From contig JAFZHO010000039.1 of NCBI GenBank assembly GCA_017554835.1, positions 106-64,105 of the forward strand: a stretch of 64,000 bases of DNA, in the 5' to 3' direction. Within the stretch, counting starts at the first letter, position 1, and every line of letters begins with the position of its first letter. Of the stretch, positions 28,056 through 37,383 are shown in pieces. The notes under the pieces were generated by a model, which worked only from the letters and a program-made list of their open reading frames with translations, did no database searches and was not told the origin of the DNA. The translations under genes and the position numbers were made by a program. Source of the stretch: Clostridia bacterium. Its GTDB lineage: Bacteria; Bacillota; Clostridia; Oscillospirales; RGIG7773.

Positions 28056-29795
28056 TTATGCAATAGGTAAAGAAAGAACAAATCTATTTCCATTTTCAAA
28101 AGAAGCATCAAGATAAAGGTCGCCGCCGTGTTTTCTTGAGCTTTCTCTTGAGATAGCAAGACCAAGCCCCGTTCCGCCTGTTTGGCGTGAACGTGCTTTA
28201 TCAACGCGGAAAAATCTCTCAAAAATTTTATCGTTATATTCAGACGGGATTTTTTCGCCGTGGTCAATAACGGACATAATAATATTGTTGCCTTTTTTCT
28301 CGGTTGTAATTCTGATAGTATCTTTTTTTATTGTGTATTTTATGGCATTTGATATAATGTTTTCTACGCAGCGGTAAATAAGGTTTTCGTCTGCGGTTAT
28401 GGAAAATTCAAAGAGGTTTTCAAGGTCGAAGGAAATCTCTTTTTCTTTTGCGTTTATGGAAACGTTTTTAACTGCGGACAAGATAGTTTCTTTTATATCA
28501 AATACTGATTTTGAAAGGGTTTCTTCCTTTTCGTTTTTAGATAAAGTAAGCATATCCTTAACGATTTTTGCCATTCTGTCCGTTTCCTTTAATATGGTAT
28601 TTAGAAAATCTTTTTTGATTTCGGATGGCATTTCATCATCGTCATAAATACTCTGGGCATAGCTTTTAACCACGGTAAGTGGGGTTTTGAGCTCGTGGGA
28701 AGCGTTTGCCGCAAAGGTTTTTTGCAAGGTTATGTAATTTTGTTCCTCGGAAACGTCGTGGATTATGCAGAGAAGATTTTTCTCACTTGTTTCAAAGGGG
28801 GCAAAAATGATTTTCAGGGTTTTATCCTCTTTTGGAAGAAGATAGGAAAAAGTTTTTTCTCCCATATCAAGAAGGTCCTTAAAATCTTTTTCAAGGAAAG
28901 AGAAGATGGAGGAGAACAAAGCTTTTTTATCAAAATTAAAAAGCTCTTTTGCAACGTCGTTATAGTGATAAAGTTTTCCCTCTTTTGAAAAAACCATTAC
29001 TCCGTCTGTCAGATGGGAGAAGATGGCGGAGAGCTTATTTTTCTCGTCGTTAAGATTGTCGAGGGAGGTTTTTAACTTTGAGGACATACTGTCAAATGCT
29101 TTTGATAAAAGCCCGATTTCGTCGGTGCTTTTGGAATTTAAGCGAAATTCCAGATTTCCTTCTTCGATTTTCTTTGCTGCAAAGGTTAAATCCTCGATGG
29201 GTTTTGTTATTATTTTTGAAATTTTAAAAGATAAAATAACAGAAATCAAAAGCCCTAAAAAACAGCACCCCAAAGTAACAACGGAAACAGAGGAGATAAT
29301 GCTATTTACTTTTGCCATGCTATCCGTCACGCATATAACTCCAAGAATCTGGGTTTTGTATTTAAGGGGCGTGCAGAAAATCATTGACCTGCCAAAATAA
29401 TTTATAGAGTTTTCAAAATTGCCGTTAAGGGCGTTTTTGAAATTTTCTGTTTTGATTATTTCGTCGTTTTGAAGATGGCTTTCTCCCGAAAGGGTTTTTC
29501 CGTCGGCAGATAAAATTATATATCCACGGTCGCTGTTAAGGGATAGATTCAGCTTCTGATTTTCTACTCCTTCCATAACGCTATGCAAAAAATCCTCATT
29601 GCTTTTTGAAAGGGCGGCATACTGACCTATAAAATCCTTATTCAGAACTTTTTCCGTATCGGAATAAAAATTATTTATAAAGAAAAACCGAACGGAAAGA
29701 CTGATAAGGGACCCAACGAAAAAAAGCATTACAATAACAAGACAAATAAAAGAAATGAGAAATTTAGTTTTTATGGTATTTTTCTTTTCTTTCAT
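28056..29795 (-). CDS. Sensor histidine kinase (TM-HAMP-PAS-HisKA-HATPase), WalK/PhoR-like
   Basis: H-box FAANASHELKTPLT and N/G boxes (NAIKYT; DHGEKIP...GGTGLGLAI). Two TM segments flank an extracellular domain. The start lies 4 nt after the RR stop. Confidence 0.85.
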   Translation of the reverse strand: MKEKKNTIKTKFLISFICLVIVMLFFVGSLISLSVRFFFINNFYSDTEKVLNKDFIGQYAALSKSNEDFLHSVMEGVENQKLNLSLNSDRGYIILSADGKTLSGESHLQNDEIIKTENFKNALNGNFENSINYFGRSMIFCTPLKYKTQILGVICVTDSMAKVNSIISSVSVVTLGCCFLGLLISVILSFKISKIITKPIEDLTFAAKKIEEGNLEFRLNSKSTDEIGLLSKAFDSMSSKLKTSLDNLNDEKNKLSAIFSHLTDGVMVFSKEGKLYHYNDVAKELFNFDKKALFSSIFSFLEKDFKDLLDMGEKTFSYLLPKEDKTLKIIFAPFETSEKNLLCIIHDVSEEQNYITLQKTFAANASHELKTPLTVVKSYAQSIYDDDEMPSEIKKDFLNTILKETDRMAKIVKDMLTLSKNEKEETLSKSVFDIKETILSAVKNVSINAKEKEISFDLENLFEFSITADENLIYRCVENIISNAIKYTIKKDTIRITTEKKGNNIIMSVIDHGEKIPSEYNDKIFERFFRVDKARSRQTGGTGLGLAISRESSRKHGGDLYLDASFENGNRFVLSLPIA

Positions 29796-29799
29796 ATAA

Positions 29800-30465
29800 T
29801 TACTCCAAATCAAGATAATATCCTGCGCCACGCCGGGTTTTAATGATATCAAAGTTTTCCATCTTTGCACGAAGACGCTTTATGGTAACGTCAACCCCAC
29901 GGGTATCGCCGATATATTCTTCGTATCCCCAGATTTTTTTGAGAAGCTCTTCTCTTGAAAATACTCTTGACGGATTTTTTGAAAAAAGGTCTAAAAGAAG
30001 ATTTTCCCTTGCGGTGAGGGGGATTTTTTCTCCGTTTAAAATTATTTCGCTATTTTTAAAATCAAAGAAAAGATTTTCCTTTAATAAAAGTCTGTCTGAT
30101 TTGGGCGGGGCTTTTCTGATATTTGCGTTGATTCTTGCAATAAGCTCTCTGTTTGAAAAGGGCTTTGAAACGTAGTCGTTTGCCCCAAGCTCGAACCCTC
30201 GCACCTTTGAATCCTCGTCATCCATGGCGGTGAGCATAATTACGGGGGTGGTTTTTTTCTCACGAAGGCCCTTTAAAATATCAAATCCGTTCATAAAGGG
30301 GAGCATTACGTCAAGAAGGATAATATCAAAATCCTCTTTAAGAGAAAGAGAAAGTCCTTTTTCTCCGTCCGTTGCAAAAGAGAGGGAAAAGCCCTCTTTA
30401 TCAAGAATATATTTTAAAATTGAAATTATATTTTCGTCGTCTTCGACTATAAGGATTTTGCTCAT
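29800..30465 (-). CDS. OmpR-family response regulator
   Basis: Receiver domain (ILIVEDD...DIILLDVMLP...K) plus a winged-helix C-terminus (DVTIKRLRAKM...TRRGAGY). RBS GGGGGAGGG. Confidence 0.9.
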   Translation of the reverse strand: MSKILIVEDDENIISILKYILDKEGFSLSFATDGEKGLSLSLKEDFDIILLDVMLPFMNGFDILKGLREKKTTPVIMLTAMDDEDSKVRGFELGANDYVSKPFSNRELIARINANIRKAPPKSDRLLLKENLFFDFKNSEIILNGEKIPLTARENLLLDLFSKNPSRVFSREELLKKIWGYEEYIGDTRGVDVTIKRLRAKMENFDIIKTRRGAGYYLDLE

Positions 30466-30664
30466 TATTATCCCTCCCCCCATTTTTCTTCATTATATCA
30501 TATATTATAAAGAAGTGTAAACACGTTATAATAAGGAAAAAAGTTAAAAATGAAATTTAAATTTCAAAAGTAAATTTTGGTTAAAGAAAAATTAGTTTAC
30601 ATAACACGACGGTAAATCAAGGGTTTTGGGAGAAATGGAAAATTTTAAAGGTAAGAAACATAGC

Positions 30665-30797
30665 ATTATCAAGGGTTATCAACATTATCCACCGAGTTAT
30701 CCACAATAATTATGTTAACATTGCAAGTAAATGTTAAAAAAAAATTATCCACCGCCCAAAATGGCTATATTCCACACTTTTCACAGAGTTATCCACA
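30665..30797 (+). promoter_or_regulatory. Cluster of 5 strong plus 2 weak DnaA-box motifs, all in one orientation
   Basis: Perfect TTATCCACA at 30697-705 and 30789-797. TTATCCACC at 30685-693 and 30745-753. TATTCCACA at 30768-776. TTATCAACA at 30676-684. A weaker TTATCAAGG at 30665-673. Confidence 0.6.
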
Positions 30798-30973
30798 ATT
30801 CCGGTGATTTTCTTCGGCAAAAAGGAACTGCTCCCGAACCCTTGATTTTCAAGGATTTGGAGAGTTTTTTACAGAAAATGACGCAAGATGAGACAAAAAT
30901 TCACTTTTTTCGACTTTGGATTTTTAAAGGTCGTGTCAATAGCAAAGTTTGACTTTTTTCAAAAAAATTTTTA

Positions 30974-31002
30974 TTGACATATCAAAATATATTTTGTATA
31001 AT
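30974..31002 (+). promoter_or_regulatory. Sigma-A promoter for the thiT leader
   Basis: TTGACA, a 17-nt spacer, then TATAAT. Confidence 0.7.
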
Positions 31003-31007
31003 CTTGT

Positions 31008-31092
31008 TGAATCAGGGGTGCTGTAAAAAGCTGAGAGAAATTTATTTCAACCCTTTTAACCTGAAGTGGATAATGCCATCGTAGGAAGATTT
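31008..31092 (+). promoter_or_regulatory. TPP (THI-box) riboswitch
   Basis: Conserved elements GGGGUGC...CUGAGA...ACCCUUUUAACCUGA...GGAUAAUGCC.UCGUAGGAA match the TPP aptamer consensus. Confidence 0.9.
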
Positions 31093-31116
31093 AGTTTTTC
31101 ATATCAGCGATAGTAT

Positions 31117-31148
31117 ATCCATAGAGGTAATCTCTATGGATTTTTTTC
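31117..31148 (+). terminator. Riboswitch expression-platform terminator
   Basis: Stem atccatagag/ctctatggat followed by a T7 run, upstream of the thiT RBS. Confidence 0.8.
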
Positions 31149-31192
31149 ATCTTTAGGGAGATATTATTATATTTCTTAAAGGAGGGTTTTCG

Positions 31193-31816
31193 ATGAAAAC
31201 CGAAAAAACCACTGCGCTGGTTGAATGCGCAGTAATGGTGGCACTGGCTACCATATTATCTTTTATCAAAATCATGGACTTGCCATACGGAGGGTCAATC
31301 ACCCTTTGCTCCATGGTGCCACTTATTATCGTTTCCTATCGAAGAGGAACAAAATGGGGTATTATGGCTGCTTTCGTTTTTAGCTTAATTCAGCTTTTGA
31401 CGGGGCTATCATCTATCAAGGGAATAACGGGCTTCTTTATCGTTATGGGGTCTATTCTTCTTGATTACGTAATCGCCTATACGGTTTTAGGTCTTGGAGG
31501 CGTTTTCAGAAACAGCGTTAAAAATCCTGCAATTTCACTTGGTCTTGGAGCTATGATATCCTGCGTTTTGAGATATTTTTGCAGTTTTTTATCCGGAGCG
31601 CTTTTTTGGAGCGAATATGCAACGGATACTCTGAGTTCCATGGCAGAAAAAGGACTTGCCATTGCAGGTCAGATTCTTGAAAACTATTCAGGAACGGCGC
31701 TTTCTATGCTATACTCTCTTCTTTATAACGGACTTTATATGATTCCTGAGATTATTCTGACCGTTGCGGTTTGCGTTATTCTCGGATTTTCTAAAAAAAT
31801 AGCCACTAAATACTAA
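31193..31816 (+). CDS. thiT: Thiamine transporter ThiT/YuaJ (ECF S component)
   Basis: 6-TM protein of about 200 aa, immediately downstream of the TPP riboswitch. The sequence is consistent with the YuaJ/ThiT family. Confidence 0.75.
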   Translation: MKTEKTTALVECAVMVALATILSFIKIMDLPYGGSITLCSMVPLIIVSYRRGTKWGIMAAFVFSLIQLLTGLSSIKGITGFFIVMGSILLDYVIAYTVLGLGGVFRNSVKNPAISLGLGAMISCVLRYFCSFLSGALFWSEYATDTLSSMAEKGLAIAGQILENYSGTALSMLYSLLYNGLYMIPEIILTVAVCVILGFSKKIATKY

Positions 31817-31902
31817 AAAAAGCCACCCCACCGGGTGCTTTTTTTAAGCTTATATGCTATAATTAATCTTGTAACCTTAAATATTTTATTATGGAGAATT
31901 CT

Positions 31903-33411
31903 ATGAACAAAATCAAAATTGGATGGGCGGAAATTGATATAACCCCCGAAAAGAAAGTTTCTCTTATCGGTCAGTTTTCCGAGAGGATTTCGGAATTTGT
32001 TGAAAAACCGTTGACGGCAACGGCGCTTGCTCTGGAATCAGATGGCAAAGTGGCTGTTTTTTGCTCTTGCGACCTTGTGGGAACGGACTGGGCTTTATTG
32101 GATGCAGTGAGAAAACGCCTTTGCGAAAAAAATGCGCCTTTTGATGTGAATTCCGTTATTATAAACGCTACCCACGTTCATACTGCGGGATATAGCAGCA
32201 TGTATCGAAATGCGCCCGAAGGTCAGGGACTTTTTGAAAATTACAGAAAAACCATTTTGGAATATTTAGCTCCCAATCAGAAATACGTTGATAATTCAAA
32301 AACGGAAAAAAGAGAGGACGTTGCAACTCCAAAAGAGATATTTGATATTCTTGTTGACAGAATTTCGAAGGTTATTTTGCTTGCATACGAGAGAAGAAAA
32401 GAAGGCTCTTTTGTAAACGCTTTTGGTAGAGCGCCCGTTGGAATGTGCCGTCGCAGTGCGTTTTCCGACGGTACTGCTCAGATGTGGGGCGATACCAATA
32501 CGGAAAAATTTACCCAGCTTGAAGGCGGCAGTGATACCGGTATTGAGTTATTATACTTTTTTGATGAAGATAAAAAACTTACGGGAATCGTGGCAAATCT
32601 TGCCTGCCCTGCTCAGTGCGTTCAGCACCGCCATTTTGTTTCTCCTGATTTCTGGGGCGAAGCAAAAATGCTTTTGCGAAAAAGGTTTGGGGAAAATATT
32701 TTCTTATTGCCTCAGTGCTCGGCAGCGGGAGATCAGTGCCCCGTTGACCTTGTGCGCTTCGTTGAGCCTGAAAGTGATCTGGACGACCCCAACTGCATAA
32801 GAATTAATCCACCAAAAAGAAAAGCAGATCCGTCTATGTTTGACCTATCGGGAATGAAACTTACGGGCAGAAGAATTGCAAACGAGATTATTATGGTATA
32901 TGAGGATGGTCTTGATGATCCCGTTTTGTCCGCGGCTTTTGAGCATAAAATAATAAAGATGCCTCTGCCTCTTCGCCGCGCCACCGATGATGACGTTAAA
33001 AACGCAAAAGAGGGAATCCGTTCTTATATGGCGGCAAAAGAGGGTGACGTTGACTTTAACGATATTGCCATGGTGATGATTCATCTGGGGGTTTTAGATA
33101 GAGAAAAACTTCAAAAAGAAGTGGAATTTATCGAGGAGGAGATTCATATTATCCGACTTGGAGATATTTCTTTTGCAACAAATCCTTTTGAACTTTTCTT
33201 AAATTACGGAAATCAGATAAAAGCAAGATCAAAAAGCGAGCAGACCTTTATCGTGCAACTTGCAAACGGAGCGGAAGGATATCTTCCCACCAAAATTGCG
33301 GAACTTCACGGTCATTACAGCGGATTTATTTCAAGCGGTCTTATTGGTCACGAGGGAGGAGAGATTCTGGTTGAAAAGACTCTTTCTCATATTGCAGACC
33401 TATTCGAATAA
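31903..33411 (+). CDS. Hypothetical cytoplasmic protein; N-terminus resembles the neutral/alkaline ceramidase-like fold
   Basis: The pattern GWAEIDITP...L.G...R...D.L.A.ALALE and ATHVHT is reminiscent of that family. The call is weak. Confidence 0.35.
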   Translation: MNKIKIGWAEIDITPEKKVSLIGQFSERISEFVEKPLTATALALESDGKVAVFCSCDLVGTDWALLDAVRKRLCEKNAPFDVNSVIINATHVHTAGYSSMYRNAPEGQGLFENYRKTILEYLAPNQKYVDNSKTEKREDVATPKEIFDILVDRISKVILLAYERRKEGSFVNAFGRAPVGMCRRSAFSDGTAQMWGDTNTEKFTQLEGGSDTGIELLYFFDEDKKLTGIVANLACPAQCVQHRHFVSPDFWGEAKMLLRKRFGENIFLLPQCSAAGDQCPVDLVRFVEPESDLDDPNCIRINPPKRKADPSMFDLSGMKLTGRRIANEIIMVYEDGLDDPVLSAAFEHKIIKMPLPLRRATDDDVKNAKEGIRSYMAAKEGDVDFNDIAMVMIHLGVLDREKLQKEVEFIEEEIHIIRLGDISFATNPFELFLNYGNQIKARSKSEQTFIVQLANGAEGYLPTKIAELHGHYSGFISSGLIGHEGGEILVEKTLSHIADLFE

Positions 33412-33419
33412 TGCTTATC

Positions 33420-33444
33420 ACCCCCGTTTATACGGGGGTTTTTT
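33420..33444 (+). terminator. Rho-independent terminator
   Basis: Stem acccccg/cgggggt followed by a T-run. Confidence 0.7.
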
Positions 33445-33594
33445 AAAGGTAAGAAGAGTAAAATCTATCAAGATTCGACTCTTGTTACCTTTTATTTTGT
33501 TGAAATAAAAATAATTTTATCAAAATGGGTTGACAAAAAGATTTTAGCGTGTTAGTATAATAAAGTGATTAAAATATCAAAGGAGTAATTTATC

Positions 33595-34374
33595 ATGAAA
33601 AAAATTATTGCACTCGTATTATTAACAATTTTGGCAGTTACCTGCTTTGCAGGCTGCAAAGGTCAGGAAACAATAGTCGTTGGTTATACTATTTACGCGC
33701 CAATGAACTATATGGAAAACGGTGAGCTTATCGGTTTTGATACCGAACTTGCCAAAGCAGTTTTCGAAGGTATGAACTGCAAGGTTGTTTTCAAAGAAAT
33801 CGACTGGAAAGCTAAATATACAGAATTAGATTCCGGCAATATTGACTGCATCTGGAACGGCTTTACTGCAAACGCTGCTGATGATGACGGCGTTCAGCGT
33901 TCTGAAAAGGTTGACTTCTCATATAACTATATGGAAAACCTTCAGGTAGTTGTTGCTAAAAAAGGTGCGGATATTGCAACTAAAGAGGATTTAAATGGCA
34001 AAATTGCAGATGCTGAACTTGGTTCTGCAGGTGAAAGTTATGCAAAAGGATTTGAAGGCACTACTTTCAAAGGCGCCGTTAAACAGACGGATTGCTTACT
34101 ATCAGTAAAAACAGATAACGCTGACTTTGCAGTTGTTGATGCTCAGCTTGCAAAAAGCTATTGCGGCAAAGGAGACTATGCTGATTTAGAGATAATCGAA
34201 GCTCTTTCAAGTGACGTTGAATACTATGCAATCGGCTTTAAAAAGGGTAGCGAGTTAACTTCCAAAGTTAACGAACAGTTGGAGAAATTGGCTTCTGACG
34301 GAACTATCGCTAAATTAGGCGAAAAATATAACGTTGCAACTTCCGTTATTACTGATTATTCAAGCCAGAAATAA
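33595..34374 (+). CDS. Amino-acid ABC transporter substrate-binding lipoprotein (family 3 SBP)
   Basis: Lipobox LAVTCFAGC. A PBP type-2 pattern (YAPMNY...GFDTELAKAV...DCIWNGFT) follows. Confidence 0.8.
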   Translation: MKKIIALVLLTILAVTCFAGCKGQETIVVGYTIYAPMNYMENGELIGFDTELAKAVFEGMNCKVVFKEIDWKAKYTELDSGNIDCIWNGFTANAADDDGVQRSEKVDFSYNYMENLQVVVAKKGADIATKEDLNGKIADAELGSAGESYAKGFEGTTFKGAVKQTDCLLSVKTDNADFAVVDAQLAKSYCGKGDYADLEIIEALSSDVEYYAIGFKKGSELTSKVNEQLEKLASDGTIAKLGEKYNVATSVITDYSSQK

Positions 34375-34390
34375 TTAAAGGTGAATATAA

Positions 34391-35086
34391 ATGTCGTTTT
34401 TAGAGGTTTGTTCATTCTTATTTGACGGCTTTAAAATATCGTTATTAATCTTTGCGGTGACGCTGCTTTGCGGCGCACCGCTTGGTTTGCCTATAGCGTT
34501 TTGCTCCATGAGCAGGTTTAAAGTTGTCAGAACTATTTCAAAAATCTTTGTCTGGATAATAAGAGGCGTTCCTCTTATGCTTCAGATTTTTATAATTTAT
34601 TACGTTCCTTCCCTTATATTCGGAAGCACCATCTGGAGAGATATAAACCTATATTTTACTACCGGAGATACTTTATCTTATACCGGTAGTATTATTGCTG
34701 TTCTGATTGCTTTTGTTATTAACTACGCCTGCTATTTTTCCGAAATATATCGTGGCGGTATTGAAAGCATTTCAAAAGGTCAATACGAAGCCGGCTACGT
34801 TTTAGGTCTTACCAAATCCCAGATTTTCAAGAAAATTATTTTAAAGCAGGTTGTTAAGAGAATAGTTCCGCCTATGTCCAACGAAATTATAACGTTGATT
34901 AAAGATACCGCCCTTGCTAACTGCATTATGGTTGGAGAAATTATTTATAAAGCAAATACCCTTGCCGCCGAGGAACAATTGATCTGGCCCTTATTCTTTG
35001 CAGGAGTTTTCTACTTGATTTTCGTGGGAATTTTGACCATTGTTCTTGGCAAGATCGAAAAGAAGCTTAGCTATTTTAGGAGTTAG
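34391..35086 (+). CDS. Amino-acid ABC transporter permease (HisM/GlnP-like)
   Basis: EAA-type loop region SEIYRGGIESISKGQYEAGYVLGLTKSQIFKKIILKQ. Confidence 0.85.
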   Translation: MSFLEVCSFLFDGFKISLLIFAVTLLCGAPLGLPIAFCSMSRFKVVRTISKIFVWIIRGVPLMLQIFIIYYVPSLIFGSTIWRDINLYFTTGDTLSYTGSIIAVLIAFVINYACYFSEIYRGGIESISKGQYEAGYVLGLTKSQIFKKIILKQVVKRIVPPMSNEIITLIKDTALANCIMVGEIIYKANTLAAEEQLIWPLFFAGVFYLIFVGILTIVLGKIEKKLSYFRS

Positions 35087-35089
35087 AAT

Positions 35090-35845
35090 ATGGTTATATT
35101 AGAGGTTAAAAACATAAAAAAGAGCTTCGGGAAAACCGAGGTCTTAAAAGATATAAGCTTTTCCCTTGAAAAAGGCGAGGTTTTAGCCATTATCGGCTCC
35201 AGCGGCAGTGGTAAAACAACTTTGCTTCGTTGCCTTAACTTTTTGGAAAACCACGATAGCGGAGATATTATCGTTAACGGCAAGTTGCTTTCTGACGGAG
35301 GCGAAGGCGACCTTAAAGAAGAAAAACTACGTGAAAACCGTCTGCACTTCGGGTTGGTTTTTCAGCAGTTTAATCTATTTCCTCAGTATACCGTTTTGCA
35401 AAATATTACCCTGGCGCCAACCCTGCTTAAAAAAGGTAGCGCTGAAGAAATTGAAAAAAATGCATTAAAGCTTATTGATAAAGTTGACCTGAACGAAAAA
35501 AGAGACTTTTATCCCCATGAGCTTTCAGGTGGTCAGCAGCAGAGGGTTGCTATTGCCCGTGCTTTGGCTCTTGACCCTGAGATTTTATGCTTTGATGAGC
35601 CAACAAGCGCACTTGATCCTGAGCTTACGGGCGAGGTTTTGAAGGTTATCAGAGAATTAAAGGGATCTGATAATACTATGATTATCGTTACCCATGAAAT
35701 GAATTTTGCAAAAAACGTTGCCGATAAAATTATTTTTATGGCCGACGGTATTATCGAAGAAATGGGTACGCCGGAGGAAATATTCAATAACCCCAAATCA
35801 GAAAAATTAAAAGTCTTTATAGAAAAGGCATTCAGCGAAAAATAA
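35090..35845 (+). CDS. Amino-acid ABC transporter ATP-binding protein (GlnQ-like)
   Basis: Walker A GSSGSGKTT, signature LSGGQQQRVAIARAL, Walker B LCFDEPTSALD. Confidence 0.92.
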   Translation: MVILEVKNIKKSFGKTEVLKDISFSLEKGEVLAIIGSSGSGKTTLLRCLNFLENHDSGDIIVNGKLLSDGGEGDLKEEKLRENRLHFGLVFQQFNLFPQYTVLQNITLAPTLLKKGSAEEIEKNALKLIDKVDLNEKRDFYPHELSGGQQQRVAIARALALDPEILCFDEPTSALDPELTGEVLKVIRELKGSDNTMIIVTHEMNFAKNVADKIIFMADGIIEEMGTPEEIFNNPKSEKLKVFIEKAFSEK

Positions 35846-35850
35846 TAAAA

Positions 35851-35881
35851 ACACTCTGATAAATGCGTCAGAGTGCTTTTT
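35851..35881 (+). terminator. Rho-independent terminator
   Basis: Stem cactctga/tcagagtg followed by a T-run. Confidence 0.7.
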
Positions 35882-36035
35882 TATTCTATAATCCAGTGGT
35901 TTTCGTTGTTTTAATTAAAATAAAACTCTTTTTGTGGCATTAAATTTGTATATTAAATATATTTGACAATAATATAATAAACATAGTATAATTTAGAGTA
36001 ATATATTTTACCACTTGAAGAAGGGAAGGATTTCC

Positions 36036-37367
36036 ATGACAAAGTATACAAAAGAGGACATTATCCGCATAGTTGACGAAGAAAACGTTAAATTTATAAG
36101 ACTTCAGTTTGCGGACATTTTCGGAACAATTAAAAACGTTACCGTAATGAGAAGCCAGCTTAATAAAGTTCTTGATAACCAGTGTATGTTTGATGGTTCT
36201 TCTATAGAGGGATTTGTTCGAATTGAGGAATCAGATATGTATTTGCGTCCTGACTTGAATTCTTTTGCCATCTTCCCCTTCGGAGAAGAGCTTGGTAAAA
36301 CTGCAAGACTTATCTGCGATACTTATACAACAAACGGCGAGCCATTCCAGGGCGACCCGAGAAACGTATTGCAAAAAGTTCTTAAAGAAGCAGCCGATAT
36401 GGGCTTTTCATTAAATATCGGTCCTGAGCTTGAGTTTTTCCTATTCAATACAGATGAAAAAGGCAACCCAACCACTCAGACAAACGACGATGCAGGATAT
36501 TTTGATTTTGGTCCTATTGATTCCGGCGAGGATGCAAGACGTGAAATGTGTAACGTTCTTGAAAAAATGGGCTACGAAATCGAGGCGTCTCATCACGAGT
36601 GCGCAAGAGGTCAGCACGAAATCGATTTTAAATACGATGATGCTTTGACTACTGCTGATAATATCCAGACTTTTAAGCTTGTTGTTAAAACCGTTGCCAA
36701 AAAGCATAAACTTCACGCAACATTTATGCCAAAACCCGTTTACGGAATTTGCGGTAACGGAATGCATATAAATATGTCTTTATCAAAAGACGGCAAAAAC
36801 GCTTTCTACGATAAAGCAGATAAACTTGGTCTTAGCAAAACTGCATATCATTTTATTGCAGGCATTATGGACCATATCAAAGGAATCGTTGCAGTAACTA
36901 ATCCCCTTGTTAACTCTTATAAGAGACTTGTTCCCGGATATGAGGCGCCCGTTTATATCGCCTGGTCCGCAAGTAACAGAAGCCCTCTTATAAGAATTCC
37001 ATCTGCAAGAGGAGAGGGAACAAGAATCGAGCTTAGAAACCCTGACCCTTCATGTAACCCATACCTTGCTATTGCCCTACTTCTTGCGGCGGGCCTTGAA
37101 GGAATCAGAAAAGAGCTTATGCCAACTGAAAGCGTTGATATGAACGTTTATGAAATGAGTGACCTTGAAAGAAATAAATATAACGTTGAATCATTGCCAA
37201 ATTCTCTTGAAAATGCTATCGAGGCAATGGAAGCAGACGATTTTGTTGCAAAAACTCTTGGTTCTCACGTATATTCTCAATACGTTAACGCAAAGAAAAA
37301 AGAATGGCATCTTTATACAACGAGAGTAAGCCAGTGGGAGATAGACCAGTATCTTACCAATTTCTAA
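36036..37367 (+). CDS. glnA: Glutamine synthetase type I
   Basis: [11 protein letters not shown], the [10 protein letters not shown] motif, the ATP-binding region [17 protein letters not shown] and NRSPLIRIP. Confidence 0.95.
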   Translation: MTKYTKEDIIRIVDEENVKFIRLQFADIFGTIKNVTVMRSQLNKVLDNQCMFDGSSIEGFVRIEESDMYLRPDLNSFAIFPFGEELGKTARLICDTYTTNGEPFQGDPRNVLQKVLKEAADMGFSLNIGPELEFFLFNTDEKGNPTTQTNDDAGYFDFGPIDSGEDARREMCNVLEKMGYEIEASHHECARGQHEIDFKYDDALTTADNIQTFKLVVKTVAKKHKLHATFMPKPVYGICGNGMHINMSLSKDGKNAFYDKADKLGLSKTAYHFIAGIMDHIKGIVAVTNPLVNSYKRLVPGYEAPVYIAWSASNRSPLIRIPSARGEGTRIELRNPDPSCNPYLAIALLLAAGLEGIRKELMPTESVDMNVYEMSDLERNKYNVESLPNSLENAIEAMEADDFVAKTLGSHVYSQYVNAKKKEWHLYTTRVSQWEIDQYLTNF

Positions 37368-37383
37368 TGGAAAGGGTATTACT

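Noticed and set aside
30731-30952. 73-aa ORF in the large intergenic region.
   Set aside because: It has no RBS and the start is embedded in an A-run. It runs straight across the DnaA-box cluster, and its composition is not protein-like. I treat it as spurious.
31066-31074. agtggataa, the reverse complement of a one-mismatch DnaA box.
   Set aside because: It is the conserved GGAUAAUGCC core of the TPP riboswitch, so it is not counted in the DnaA-box cluster.
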